A stretch of 64,000 nucleotides of DNA from assembly GCA_951406725.2 (NCBI GenBank), contig OX597824.1:68820001-68884000 (forward strand). The letters are read 5' to 3'. Source of the stretch: Octopus vulgaris. Lineage: Eukaryota. A model generated the notes under the pieces. It saw only the letters and a list, made by a program, of their open reading frames with translations, had not been told where the DNA came from and ran no database searches. Each line of letters begins with the position of its first letter. Within the stretch, counting starts at the first letter, position 1. The translations under genes and the position numbers were made by a program. Below, piece by piece: positions 27,639 to 44,130 of this stretch.

Positions 27639-28098
27639 CTGAGTGAGAGAGTAATGCATGCCCACTATTAATATATAAGAACCCCATCATGACTACTCGT
27701 CTGATAAGGGTACATCAGGCACATGCATCACAACCATATGGTGATTTCACACGAGAATAAATAGCACCTGCACTTGCAGGTGAGACACAGAAATTTCTTC
27801 ATGTCGAGTAACTCATCCCGCTCAAAATTTCCCTGAATAAGGTTTGTTTAAGGATGATGAATTATTCAAACCCCAAGGAATAAAACCCAAGATAAATTAT
27901 TCAAACCCCAAGGAATTCCTCTCAACACATGGCTACGATGCTCGTCCACTATTCCTGCTCATGACCAGAGATGCACATATCGTCAGCCACTAAGGGACAT
28001 GCTTAACTGGTTAAGGTCAAACAACTGACAAAGCAAATCTGTGGTATTGAGCAGAATATTTGCTGTAGCCCATCTGTTATACCAAGACAAAACATGTG
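27639..28098 (-). mobile_element. family F element
   Basis: Reverse complement of family F; short (TTA)n on both sides. Confidence 0.8.
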
Positions 28099-28121
28099 TT
28101 ATTATTATTATTATTATTATT

Positions 28122-28152
<31 letters not shown>

Positions 28153-28169
28153 CTGCTGCTGCTGCTGCT

Positions 28170-28400
28170 GTTTCCGCTTTTAGACCCCGCATTTTGGTTA
28201 AATCCATTTCCGGACTTTTATGTTTGAATACTTTAACTATTTCTTTAAAGAGAATACATTGCCATCTATTTGGATAGTTACTTCAATCAGGAGGGAATTT
28301 CCTTCCCGATTGTTCTTGGCAACAATATCTTGTATATTGTATCGATCTCCCTGTCTCCCTAGATTGACATGTCTCAAAGTATGGTTCACTTGGTTATTCT
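28170..28400 (-). pseudogene. R4/Dong-like RLE endonuclease fragment
   Basis: Minus: QDIVAKNNREGNSLLIEVTIQ.D.NV...MDLTKMRGLKAET, alignable to PDIVVKD...LLIDMSIP...IEKMWHLKAVT at 6950-7115. Confidence 0.7.
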
Positions 28401-29035
28401 CTGGGGTGCTTTATGTACTTATTCGTATTAGCCTTTCATTATCCTTCACTAGGTGCCACAATAGGATATAATGGAGACAATCAAACATACATTCATCCAA
28501 TCACACGTTCATTCATTCATATATGCACACCTGCATAAATACATACATACATACATACATACATACATAACTATGTAATTACAGATTTGCACAAAAACCT
28601 TTAAATGCTAGTTCTTTTCGTCTAAGAAAGTGCAAAAGAATTGTTGCGCATCCTGAAAATCTATCAGTGGCACAGTATAAATTTGTAAGACTTTCTAAAG
28701 ATTCCCCACACATATATGTAAAAAGTAATCATGCACACAGGTGTGCGCGCGCACAAGCGCACGCACACACACACAATCATACACCGACCCACATACACAC
28801 ACGCACACACGCACTCACACACACAAAATATCTGTAATGTCACAAAAATGTTTGCAGAACACTTACTGTCAGAGCTTGAAGCTAAATCGTCTCCAAATTA
28901 CGCCGTAGTGCCTGTCAAGAAAGAAGTTGTAGAGAGATAAAGAACAGGGTGAGTATTTCTTTCTCTGTCTACGTCTCTCTCCTTCTGGAATGCTGCAATA
29001 GAGATAGTTAAGGAAAATCAAGCTTGAAAAGAAAT

Positions 29036-29070
<35 letters not shown>

Positions 29071-29714
29071 GAGAAGAAAGTGATAGTGATGATAGTGACG
29101 ATACGTTTGTGCTACGTCAAACTCAATGTTTTTCTATTTCAATTTGCCTACAATCTTTCTACCATTCCTTCTCTCTCCCTGTATGTTTGTGTGTGTGAGT
29201 GTGTGTGTTTGTGTGTATGTGTGTGTGTGTGTGCGTGTGTGTGTGCGTGTGTGTGCGTGTGTGTAACAAAAGAAAAGTGATAGACAGACAGATGTGAAGT
29301 ACATATCGAGAGAAGGATGGTTATTAAGAATTAAGATGAACAAAAAATTATTTTGCAATAATTTCTTATTGTAGGAACAGATTAGAATTTGCAAGCAAAA
29401 CTTTTTCTTTTGCATAGAATACAAAACATCCAAAGAAATATGAACTTTATCTGAAAGCCATATATATGTGTCCATCCATCCATCCATCCGGCCGTCCGGC
29501 CCTCCGTCTGTCCGTCTGTCTGTCTGTCTGTCCATTTGTGCATCTGCCCAACTGTCTGTTTGTCTGTCTATGTGTATCTATCATTCTTAGCTCACTCTCC
29601 CTTTCTGAATAAAGACGTGTACGCGCGCGCGCGCGTGTGTACAATTTCTTATGCACACTTATTTCATTCTAAATGTGTGTGTGTCTGTCTAGCTTCAATT
29701 ATGTGACTTTCTGT

Positions 29715-32510
<2,796 letters not shown>

Positions 32511-33087
32511 AGAGGCAGTAAACTTAAATAGATACACAATATTAAATACAAACCTCGTTACATACTAATTTAAATTTACAAAGTGTAACTTACGTCAGAT
32601 CTGAGAAAAGCAACATTCATGTGGAACGTTAGCAAAATAAATTCAGTCAATATAGCATTATGAAACACAAACTATATCCAACGAGCTTATGCATTTAGAA
32701 CAGAGTCATGACAAACGAGCAAAATTAAAACAAGATGCAATGGAAAACAAAAACAAAAACAATAAAAAACAATCCAAACCCACTGATTCATGTCAATATG
32801 ACCGTCGAACGATCAACATGAACCGAATCTGTCTTTGTACGTCTGATCATGTTAGCCAATGAAGAGAAGATGAGCAAAAGCATGCTATTAATATATCTTC
32901 GCCATTTTGAAAAATATAAGTATACATTTGCTAATCATGCACTAAATGAAGTCTTTATATTGGCGGCCTAAGAGATACTTATCTACAAACGTAGCATTTT
33001 TGTCGTGATTTTGTATGGCATTAAATTGTAAAGGCACGCATATGAACTATTTGTGATGAACGTTGTAAATTATCAGCTGTTGCTGTT

Positions 33088-33543
33088 TTCTTCTTCTTCT
33101 TCTTCTTCTTCTTCTTCTTCTTCTTCTTCTTCTTCTTCTTCTTCTTCTTCTTCTTCTTCTTCTTCTTCTTGAAGATCCACCCACCACACGCGGGCGGGAA
33201 AGCTACGCTGTTATCCTCATTCCCTAAACGGTGGCTTTTAACGGTTGGAGAGCTGAACCATCCTGGGGTACAGAGGATTCGTAATCTAGACTAGGGTCTG
33301 AAAGTTTACCACACCATAGTGGGTTACACCATGGTTCCTCTGCTCTGTGGGAAGAAAGTAGGAAGAAAGAGTGAGAGAAAATTGTAGTGAAAGAGTACAG
33401 CGGAGTTCACCAACCCGTTTCCGGAGCATCGTGGAGCTTAGGTGTTTTTGCTCAATAAACACTCACAATGCCCGGTCTGGGAATCGAAACCGCGTTCTTA
33501 CGACCGCGAGTCTGCTGCCCTAACCACTGGACCATTGCGCCTA
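33088..33543 (-). mobile_element. tRNA-derived SINE, family A, tail type 3 ending in (GAA)n
   Basis: Head and body 33350-33543 match 1335-1517. Distinct 3' segment followed by (TTC)n on the + strand. Confidence 0.75.
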
Positions 33544-33694
33544 CACAGCTGTTGTTGTTGGTGCTGCAGGCGCTGTTCCTCATATTGCTGGTGTAATATC
33601 TATTACTGAAACGACTTTTATCAATTATTCACACACGCGCGCGCATACAAACACACACACAAACATATACACACACGCACACACACACACACTC

Positions 33695-34045
33695 ACAATT
33701 TCTGGGACCACATCACCGCTAACATTTGGCCATCTATCTCCCCAGACTATAATTATGAGTTCGTCGCAGTTAAGCGAGAGACCAACAAAATTCCTTGTAA
33801 AACCAATGATGAACTGAAGGCAAGGATTATGGCAGTATTTACCAACTTATACTGGGAGACCGTCCAGAAAAGTTATAGGAGATTCGGAAGTCGTCTGGAG
33901 GCCGTGGTTGAAGCCAATGGCGATTTTCTCTTTAGTATTTCAAGATAATTTTCTGCAATTTTGGTAAATATATCTGTTAAAATGAGATGTCAGTGTTATT
34001 TTCATTTTTGTGTAATTTAGACGACAATTTATCCCCAACAAAATG
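33695..34045 (+). mobile_element. maT / DD37D transposon 3' fragment
   Basis: Reverse-complement match to 18110-18460 (RETNKIPCKTNDELKARIMAVFTNL...RLEAVVEANGDF). Confidence 0.85.
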
Positions 34046-34055
34046 TATATGTGTG

Positions 34056-34122
<67 letters not shown>

Positions 34123-34283
34123 GTGTGTGTGTGCGTATGTGTGTGTGTGTGTGTGGATCAAAACAATTTGATTCAAATTCGTTGGTACTCTTTGCTACAA
34201 TAAATTGATTAGTGCCCTTTCGTTTGTCAACTCACTCTTCTATAACAAATATAATATGTATATATATATATATATATATGCAA

Positions 34284-34328
<45 letters not shown>

Positions 34329-34407
34329 GGATGACTATGTATATATGTATGAGTATATATATATATATGTATATGTCTGTATGTACGTATATCTATCTAT
34401 CTATCTT

Positions 34408-34489
<82 letters not shown>

Positions 34490-35144
34490 CTCACTCACTT
34501 AAAAAGCACTTATATTACTGATGTTGTCCTTTTGAAAGACAATATGTACCAATTAGAAAACTTTTATTTCCATTCTAAGAATGGCTACCTTCCATTGCTG
34601 CAGTGTGTCAGTACGTAGATTGCTGAAGCCATGAAGGTACTATTAAATTTGAGCAGGTCCTCTCCTTACCGAGCCAGTCATTCACCGTAGGGAATCTTGG
34701 TAAAATAAAGTGCGTATTCTTGACACCCTAGTCTTACACCTATGACGTACAAAGTGGTTCAAAATAGAATTCATTCTACGAACGAAAATATTTTATTGGG
34801 CGAACTTATGTATGACACAAGAGGACAAAAGAATCTCAAAAATATCCGGTATACAGTCTGAAGTCAACAATTTTTAACATTAGAGTAGCTTTATAGAAGC
34901 ATTGAAAACTATACTCTTCACCGAGGGATTTTCATTACTGGGCATATTAAACAGGTTTGAGAAAAGATGATATAAAAAAGAGATTAGAAACCACAGAAGC
35001 AGTCCTGGGATCTCAAGACTTAATAGAAAATGACATGGCACATTACTTTTTCGTTGGTGATAACAGAGATAGCGGTGATGTCGAAGACGACCAGTTATTG
35101 ACAACAGAACCTAAACGAGGATAACGTAGGATATCCAATAATAT

Positions 35145-35260
35145 TATATTAGAAGAGAGTAGGCTCGAAACGTCAAAAACTTTTCCATTTTTCTTGAGCG
35201 TGAAACTAATACATCTTGCTTGGTCCCTGTCCTTTTTCGTTGTTGAATTTTTGAACAAAA
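35145..35260 (+). mobile_element. Penelope-pLTR-like fragment (19605 family)
   Basis: AGAAGAGAGTAGGCTCGAAACGTCAAAAAC...TGAGCGTGAAACTAATACATC. Confidence 0.55.
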
Positions 35261-35552
35261 TATTATAAACACTGCAAAGCCTTGACGGATTAATTATCCG
35301 GAGGTAGTATTAGTATAGTAAACCAAGAGAAGCTCAGCTCAGTCTTAAAGGCAATTCGTTCCCAATCTGACGAAGCAGTCTAAGCCCACAAATGATATAA
35401 GTGATCAACTTACTGGTAACACAATCCTTCCTTAGTCACTGCAGCCTTCTACAAGTAGGAACCAAATATCAAAGGAGCACCATAGCTTTATTATCTCATT
35501 ATGACAAATTATCACTTCAATCTCTAAGTCCGCACCCAACCACACCAACCTT

Positions 35553-35703
35553 GTTTGTTCCTTCTCGAGCCATGTCTGGCTCAAAAGGGCCGGTTTCCCG
35601 GTTTCCTTGGCGTATAGGTTCCCTAACTGGACGGTCTGAGATTCGAACCCGCGATCCCTCGACCGCATATCCGCTGCCCTAACCACTAGGCCATGGGCCA
35701 TCA
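35553..35703 (-). mobile_element. internally deleted SINE family A (head fused to tail 1)
   Basis: 12-bp TSD CACACCAACCTT at 35541-52 and 35704-15; lacks the central body seen in 637-921. Confidence 0.85.
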
Positions 35704-35800
35704 CACACCAACCTTAGGTAAATGAAATTAGCATTAATTTCATTTACTTAACGGTATAAACTTCGTAAATTTTATGCACATATAATGTTAAGTACTTTAA

Positions 35801-35870
<70 letters not shown>

Positions 35871-35899
35871 ATATATATATATATATATATATATCTAAG

Positions 35900-35990
<91 letters not shown>

Positions 35991-36360
35991 TTATCAACCT
36001 ACCTACATATCTGTCTTTCTATTTATTTATTTATTTATCTGTGTGTATCTGTATGTGTGTCTGTCAATCTATTTTTACACACACATGCGCACACATGCAT
36101 ATTTAAGTGTTTTGTACAACTACATAATATTAAAATTTATTTTGTTATTGTGTTAATGCTCATCAATTTTTGAAGAAACTGTATCTATTTCCCACATGTG
36201 TTTATGTATAGAACGCTAATCCTTTAGCATCGGTCATCTTGGGCCATTAACAAATGGTCGTTCTTACATCAATTTGTATGGATTGATAAGGGTTTCCTGT
36301 GCGTGTATGTATGTGTGAGTATGTGCGTGTATATATATATATATATATATACAGACAGAC

Positions 36361-36624
36361 ATATGGCTGCGTGTAAAGAAGCTTACTTCTCACCACATGG
36401 TTCCAGGTTCGCACATACACACACGCGCGCACACACATATGTATATGTATACGTATATTTCAATGTTTGTGTTTTTTTTCCAACATATCCGCTTCACAAA
36501 CCGTACTGGTTTGTTTATGTCCCAAAACATAGCGGTTTGGCGCAAGTGTCCGATAGAATAAGAACTAGTCTTGTAAAACTATATAAGTACTGGCGTTGGT
36601 TTGTCCGACTAAAGTTTTCCAGGT
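36361..36624 (+). mobile_element. SINE family C, decayed
   Basis: Head ATGGCTGCGTG..CCACATGGTTCC and tail TAGCGGTTTGGC..CCGATAGAATAAG. Confidence 0.65.
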
Positions 36625-36664
36625 AAATAAATGTCTATATGTATATGTTTATATACGTATGTAT

Positions 36665-37245
36665 GTCTCTTTTATTTTTTAATTATCATAAATCTTCCAC
36701 TGTGGAGGGAGACGGTTTCCAATAAAGATACAAGGCTCCATCTTTGGGATGTAGTTAACACAGACAAATTTACGTTTGGAACTTGAGAAAAGTCTCGCAT
36801 ATTTTTACTGTTCTACTCACAGATTGCACTTGTAATGTATGAATTAGCCGATTGATTTCTCTTTCTGAAAATCCCAGTTTGTCCAGATTCTCCTTTAAGT
36901 ATTTATTAACAAAACCTAATGACTCAATTATTATTGGTATGAATATGAATTCATAGTCTGGATATAGAAGCTGGAGGTTTCGAAGCAGATGCCCAGAGAG
37001 ATATCCTCTTCTTGTTTGATTTTCAAAGAAATATTTATATCTGTAGGGCAACGGACCTCTATGACGGTGCATACTTTTGTCCCTCTGTCCCAAACAACAA
37101 TATCCGGCGTGTTATGCTTACATTTGACAGAAATTTTGCTGGCAATATTCTACCAGTATTCCTTGAGTTGGTATTTATGAATGTATTCCATAATAGAGGG
37201 GATTTTCTAAGTTAATTTCAGCACAGTCTTTCTATATTTGTCTCT
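36665..37245 (-). mobile_element. 5'-truncated RLE-type non-LTR retrotransposon (R4-like, distinct family)
   Basis: Minus: EYW*NI..KCKHNTPDIVVWDRGTKVCTVIEVRCP, frameshift, then LLRNLQLLYPDYEFIFIPIIIESLG...KICETFLKFQT*. Confidence 0.85.
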
Positions 37246-37533
37246 TCTATATTTTAATCATCATAAATCTTCCACTGATGTTTGTATCTATGTACGTATA
37301 TAAATATATATATATAGTAATAAAAAGGGAGGAGGAGAATTTCGGTTATCCCCACGTAGTGAGTTGTCATGCAAAAAATATATGGGCTAAAATCTTATTA
37401 AGAAAGTATGAAATTACAATAACTTCAATATCATGATTAGCGAAAGCGAAGCCGGTCGACAAACACCACACTCCTTCACTTATAAAATGTATTAAAAATA
37501 TATCAAACTGTGTGAATTTTCCTGCTTTGATTT

Positions 37534-37566
<33 letters not shown>

Positions 37567-38120
37567 GCATGTGTGTGTGTGTGTGTGTGTATATATGTCT
37601 GTGCGCGCGCGCGTATATGTGTTTCCCAAAGCGTATCTTGAACTACATAAACTAGATGTATTTGCCAACAGGGCTGCTTCAAAGTAGATACTCAACTTTC
37701 CAGAAATAGCAACCAAATCCCCCTTAAAAACCATACTGTCACCATAAGAGAGCAGAACACATTCTATGACATTGCCATACATAATAGCGTTTATGCTTGA
37801 AAATGAAAAATATAAAATAAACTATTGACAGGATGGCCACGGTTGGAACATCTCTGTTCATAGGTCTATCATAGGTCTAGTCATTCATGACCACACCGAA
37901 GCAAAAAGAAAAACACACCCTAACCTCAAAGAGAAACCACCACAATAGCGGCAACAGCCCAGATTAATGAAAGTTTAAAACGCCGGCGACGTAATTTGAA
38001 CCCAGTACATAATGGCGAATAAATAAAACACAAGTAATACATCGTTTCCGGCGCACTGACAATTCCGCCATTAAGAACAACAGAATAAATATAATAACAA
38101 TTACAAATAGGTAGCATGTA

Positions 38121-38141
38121 TGACGTCACCCCATGACGTCA
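38121..38141. promoter_or_regulatory. tandem pair of perfect CRE/ATF palindromes
   Basis: TGACGTCA-cccca-TGACGTCA; function not demonstrated. Confidence 0.4.
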
Positions 38142-38740
38142 TCCATGGTTGTTCTCACTCTTCCTTACCTCTCACTATCACCCCCAGCTTTTATTCATTC
38201 CTTTCTATGCCTCACACGTTGTCTTGTTATTATTCTTTATCTTGATAATTTTGTTGGTACAGCTTCAATTGCAGTCGTCGTCGTCGGCGTCCTCGACGTA
38301 TTTGCTGTTGATGTTGTTGTTGTCGTTGTTATTGTTACACTTTTTATAGAATGTATGTGCAGTTTTTCTATATTTGCACCATATTCCCTCTATCTCCTCT
38401 TCCTTCTCCTCCCCCTCTTATTTTCTTGTTGTTTTCTTTCTTTCTTTTTTTCTTTACTTTCACTTCCCTACTTCCTCTTTCGTTCTTTTCCTTCTTTTCC
38501 TTTCGTTCTTTTTGTCTTTTTTATCTTTTTTTCCTTTCGCGCTTTCTCTTTCTATTCCTATCATCGCTTTTGCACAAGTATCCTATTGTCGTTACCATTG
38601 TTGTTGTTGTTGTTCTTGGTATTGCTGCTGCTGCTGCTGTTGCTGCTATTAATAGTGGTAGTGGTGGTGGTGGTGGGGTGATAATTGTAATGATGAAGGT
38701 AATAATAGAGGTGTTGCTGTTGTTGTTGTTGGTGGTGGTA

Positions 38741-38787
<47 letters not shown>

Positions 38788-39212
38788 AGTAGTGGTGGTA
38801 GTGGTGGTGATAATAATATTAGTGATAACGGTGGTGATGATGATAACGATGATGATAACGATGATGATAATGATGATGATGATGATGATGATGAGGATGA
38901 GGATGATGATGAGGATGAGGATGATGACGATGGGGATTATAATGATAATGATGATAATGATGATGTTGATGATGATGATGAAGATGATGATGATGATTAT
39001 GATGATGATGATGATGGTAGTAATGATGGACTTGGGTGGTGGTTAGAGTGACGACGTCTTTGTTGCTATGGTTAGTGCGGAATGTTTGTATGTGCCAAAG
39101 AAAGGGGAAAAGGGAGTCAGAGAAGGAGAACGAGAGAGAACATATTTGAGAGAAGAGAGAGAGAAAGGGGAAAGAGAAGAAGACAAAATAGATGCGAGAG
39201 AAAGGGATTCAA

Positions 39213-39256
<44 letters not shown>

Positions 39257-39459
39257 GAATAGGGGGTTGAGCTGGAAAGAAATGAGAAGGCAAAAGAGAG
39301 ACAAGAAACAGGATGAGGTGAGATGTGAATAGAAGGCCAGGAAGTAAAGGAAAAATAATGATAACAATGACAAGAAGAAGAAGAAAAAAGAAAGGGAAGA
39401 AGACAAAGAAGAAGTAGAAGAGACGGAGAGGAGAAGGAGGGGGAGGAGGAAGTAAGGAG

Positions 39460-39644
39460 TCAAGGCGAGGCTAGGCGATTAGTTAATGTCTTTCAGAGAT
39501 TCAGACGAACGGCGTGAGATGTAAAAGAGACATGATTGGCTGACGGATGGCGGCAGAGGGCCTGGCCGCTTGCTTGGCTTATGCCCGATGCATTAGTGGC
39601 AGGCTAATACAACATAAATAAATAAAGAAATAGATAATAATAAC

Positions 39645-39726
<82 letters not shown>

Positions 39727-39920
39727 GTAATAGTAATAGTAATAATAATAATAATAATAACAATAATAATAATAAAAATAAAAATTGGAAAAAAGAAAAG
39801 AAAGGAAGACAAGGGGAAGGAAGGAAGAAAGGAAGGAAGGAAAGAAAGAAAGAAGGAAGCGAAACTGTGTCCGAATTGTTGTCGAGCGCCGCCATACTTC
39901 TCGATCGCGTCTCTCCGTTT
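39460..39920. promoter_or_regulatory. candidate promoter/enhancer island
   Basis: CpG-retaining unique blocks with reverse CCAAT box TGATTGGCTGA (39533-43) and ATGGCGGC (YY1-like) motifs at about 39547 (+) and 39888-95 (-). Confidence 0.3.
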
Positions 39921-40013
39921 TAATTATTCAATAACTTGTTCTGAAGCTGTTACAGTAAATAAAACAAGGTATCCAGTTAAGAATAACGAACATACACGCA
40001 TGTACGTGTTTAT

Positions 40014-40101
<88 letters not shown>

Positions 40102-40394
40102 ATAAACGCACACACAAGTACACACATTCAGACATGCGCATATTTACGCATGCACATACGCACATGTAGACACAGACAAGCAGACAGATGCACGAATGCA
40201 GTCGCATGCGCGCACACATCAACCGTATCCATGCCGGGCATAAACACACGTGTCCATATACAGAAGGCAAAAATCTATTCATAACCATGTAATTCCGCCC
40301 TCCCACTGACGCGTACACGTATATATAAACAAAGACATCCCACACATACTAACACTGTATACAACGCGCTCATGACCATCACCGAATCACACCT

Positions 40395-40442
<48 letters not shown>

Positions 40443-40610
40443 ACACACACAAACATAAACACACACACAACGCACACACTACCGGACCAACCACATCCAT
40501 ACACGTATCACACATACCTTTCAAAATTACATATAAACACGCGCCTAGACTAAATATATATATATATATATATATATAATACATACAAATATATATATAT
40601 ATATATACAT

Positions 40611-40655
<45 letters not shown>

Positions 40656-40803
40656 TATATATATATATACATATACATATATATACATATACATATATAC
40701 ACACATAATACATACATATATATACACGTATACATATATGTATGTATGAATATATATATTTTAATACACACACATACACACAGAGTCACACACACACACA
40801 CAT

Positions 40804-40837
<34 letters not shown>

Positions 40838-41607
40838 TCACCTCGTCTCTTTCCAGCCACTCTCTCACCACTCATTTAGACAGGTGTATAGGTGTGTGTT
40901 GTACATTAATGTGTATGAATGTAGAAGTGCATACATGCATGCAAGCATGTGCACATATGTAAGTATAAACGCACGCATACACATATGCACGCAGGTACTC
41001 ACACACACAGGCACTCACATATACATACATACATATGTATGTATATTCGCGCAGACACTAACTTACACATAGTTTATTTGTAGTTTGCATTATGTGAAGA
41101 AAAGCTAAAGTACTCGTGACTTTCATGATAAAGTTTGTTATTAAAAATGTATGCGTGTTGTTAGCTAGACCCGGGTTCAAACCTGCATAAGAGTTTTACA
41201 CATGAGTGAAAATATGAACAATAGTCAGTGTCCCAGAAGAAGTTGGATTAGTCTTGCTCACATTTGTAACGCAGTTGCGTAAGTACACTGAAACATATAC
41301 GTACTCTAAATCTCGGAGCACTGCATAGAATGACTTTTGGCATTTGATTATGTCACTTTACATTCAGATTTCAGAGCCTTCTGACGGCGAATTTGACTCT
41401 CATCCTCCTGAGCTCCAGCTAACTATGTAGTCTCGGTGCACTCATGTCTTTGACTACAGGTCTTGGCTTAAATTACTTCATTACACCTGTAGTGTATAAA
41501 GCAAGTACCAGCTAAGTAGTAAAGGTACATACATACACACACATGCACACACACGCACACACGCACACACAGGCACACACACACACACTTATATATATAT
41601 GATGAGG

Positions 41608-41943
41608 AGGAGACCCCCTTCGGTATTGAATGACCATAGGATTATACTTAGAAAGTTACCCTCCGAGGCGCAAGTCCAGGCAAGGTTGGTTATGGACGGC
41701 CGGACGGCCAGCAGTCGCCCATGCATACCAGCCTCCCCTCTCCACACCACTGATGTTATCCAAGGGAAAGCCAAAGGCCGATACAGCTAGGTACCAGTGT
41801 TGTCACAACTCATTTCTACAGCTGAGTGAACTGGAGTAACGTGAAATAACGTGTCTTGCTCAAGAGCACAACACGCAGTCCGGTCTGAGAATCGAACTCA
41901 CAACCTCACGATCGTAAGCTCAACGCTCTAACCACTGAGCCCT
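41608..41943 (-). mobile_element. tRNA-derived SINE, family D
   Basis: Head GGCTCAGTGGTTAGAGCG..GAGTTCGATTC; central TTGAGCAAGACAC..CACTCAGCTGTAGAAATG. Matches 56150-56482. Confidence 0.88.
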
Positions 41944-42060
41944 ATCCTTCTATTACAAAATTGCTGGTCTTTTGCCTATGCCAAAAACTAATATTGCAAT
42001 GATGATATCAGTTAAAGGTTTTCAAATCCCGTTAACCAAAAGAGAAGCAATCGCATTGTC

Positions 42061-42142
42061 TGGAGACAAGAAGACAACTGTGGAGACCTGTTTCATCCTA
42101 TTATGACCTCATCAGCTTGCCAGTTGTCTTATTTTATCTCCA
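42061..42142 (-). ncRNA. degenerate type I hammerhead-like motif with long stem I
   Basis: Minus: CTGATGA-G-GTCA-taata-GGAT-GAAAC-AG-GTC. Distal stem I AAGACAACTG/CAGTTGTCTT is perfect; proximal pairs are lost. Confidence 0.5.
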
Positions 42143-42519
42143 GCATAGAGGAAAATGTGATGTGCTTTGACCAATAAAACATCTATTATTATTATGTGTA
42201 TTTACAACTTGTATCACGTTTTCCGTTGAATGGGGTAGATAAATTCCGCCATTTCAATTCCGTTCCATTCAAATTAATTCAATTCAATAAAACTTTTTTA
42301 TGTCATTGCGCTTTCATTGAAAAGTTCTTTGTAGTTCAACTTGCAATATTGACAGCAACGTAGTAGAAACAAAAACACAAATATTAAATGTAATAGTAAA
42401 AACAATAATAGAAACAAAGAAATAAATAAACAAACAACCTTGTGATAATACAAAACAAGAATAACATATTAACTCAACGCTAGTAAATAAAATGATGATG
42501 ATGAGGATGATGATGATGC

Positions 42520-42561
<42 letters not shown>

Positions 42562-42659
42562 TAATAAACATGATGATGATAAAACTAATTATAATAAAAG
42601 AACAATAAAATAACTCTAAAAATATCAATAAAATTACAAAGATACATATAAGTATGAAC

Positions 42660-42691
<32 letters not shown>

Positions 42692-42710
42692 GTAAACTTA
42701 AACATATATG

Positions 42711-42757
<47 letters not shown>

Positions 42758-43394
42758 GTATGTATGAATATGTATATAATTGTATGTATATTTATATGAT
42801 TATATATGTATATGAAGATATGTATATATGTATGCATATATATATATATATGTGTATATATATAAATATATATATGTGTGTATGTATGTATGTATGTATA
42901 TTATATGAGGAGAGGAAAGACAATCATGTAACCCCGTTCACAGACTATATCATATTACAATAGCATGAGTACATTGAAACATAGAGATGATGGCTGTTCT
43001 ATTATGCTAGTTGATTATTCCTGTGTTCGCCAATGTCTTTGTATCCTGGTTCACACCGAGGTCTGTGTATTACTTTAACGAAGCTGTTGCAGTATTTTGC
43101 ATAATCGAATCCCAATATCACTCTCCATCATATCCTTCTTGAAATAATAGAAACAGAATAGGCCTTCCCGATCAGGGGCCAGGGCTGACCTAGGGTTAAA
43201 CAACAGCTAACACTAAACACAAGCACTCACACGCACACACAGACACATACATACACACACACACATGCACACACACACGCGCACGTACATACACGGACGC
43301 ACACAAACATACAAACACGTTGTGTTATAAATTGGTGTGTTATGAGTTCGTATCCAATGCAAAGCTCTATTATAATACACATCAGAACACGTGT

Positions 43395-43600
43395 ATTGGC
43401 TGAATCGTCAGCAAACCGGGCAAATGCTTAGCGGCATTTCGTTCATCTTTACATTCTGAGTTCAAATTCCACCGAGGTTGACTTTGACTTTTATCCTTTC
43501 GGGGTCGATAAAATAAACAGCATTTGAACACTGGGTCGATGCATTCGATTAACTCACTTCCCGGAATTGCTGGCCTTGTGCCAAAACTTGAAATCATTAT
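43395..43600 (+). mobile_element. SINE family B
   Basis: Head and core motif GAGGTTGACTTTG.CTTT.ATCCTTTCGGGGTCGATAAA. Confidence 0.85.
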
Positions 43601-43799
43601 TATCTGCCTTTTATCAGGAAATTTATCACTTCCTTATATGGCTCACTACGTTTCTGGTAATGAGAGTAGAAAGCGGGTATCTGGCCAGTTCAAGATTGGA
43701 TTAGTAATACATTGTATCTTTTGTTTGATGAAAAGTTTTATCGGCATTTTTTCGCCGATGAGTACAGTTTCCAACAACTTAAAAGCATTTTTATTTTGA

Positions 43800-44130
43800 C
43801 GGGTTTGTCTACAGAAATCGGCGATCTCCGTGTCTTTCGTTGGTAATTCGAAACGGCTGTAAGGAAAACATGTGCAAAGAGCAAAGGATGATATTAAAGA
43901 AAGGGCAGGATGGAGTAGTGAGAATGAGGATTTTTATTAGGATAGAGGGCACACATATGGGTGAAAAGAGAAGATACGTATTAGACGCATTTAGCTGAGG
44001 GTAGCTGGCACGAAATCAACCTATTCCAAGAAGGAACCTTTCTATGTAAAAGTGGCAGAATAGAGAACATACGCAACACTTTTGGCCATAAGCTGAAGTG
44101 TATTGATAAACGACTTGGTGCACATCAGTC
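43800..44130 (-). mobile_element. decayed 3' end of a CR1/Jockey-group LINE
   Basis: Frameshifted remnants (SLF.HFY, FVPA, RISS, HVF) in the order expected for an ORF2 C-terminus. Confidence 0.4.

Noticed and set aside
34880-35104. ORF with RLRHHR...NVPCHF reminiscent of a GIY-YIG endonuclease
   Set aside because: No GIY/YIG motifs or catalytic E/N visible; the similarity is too short.
35300-35319. GGAGGTAGTATTAGTATAGT resembling let-7
   Set aside because: The first base and centre differ and no complementary star arm is nearby.
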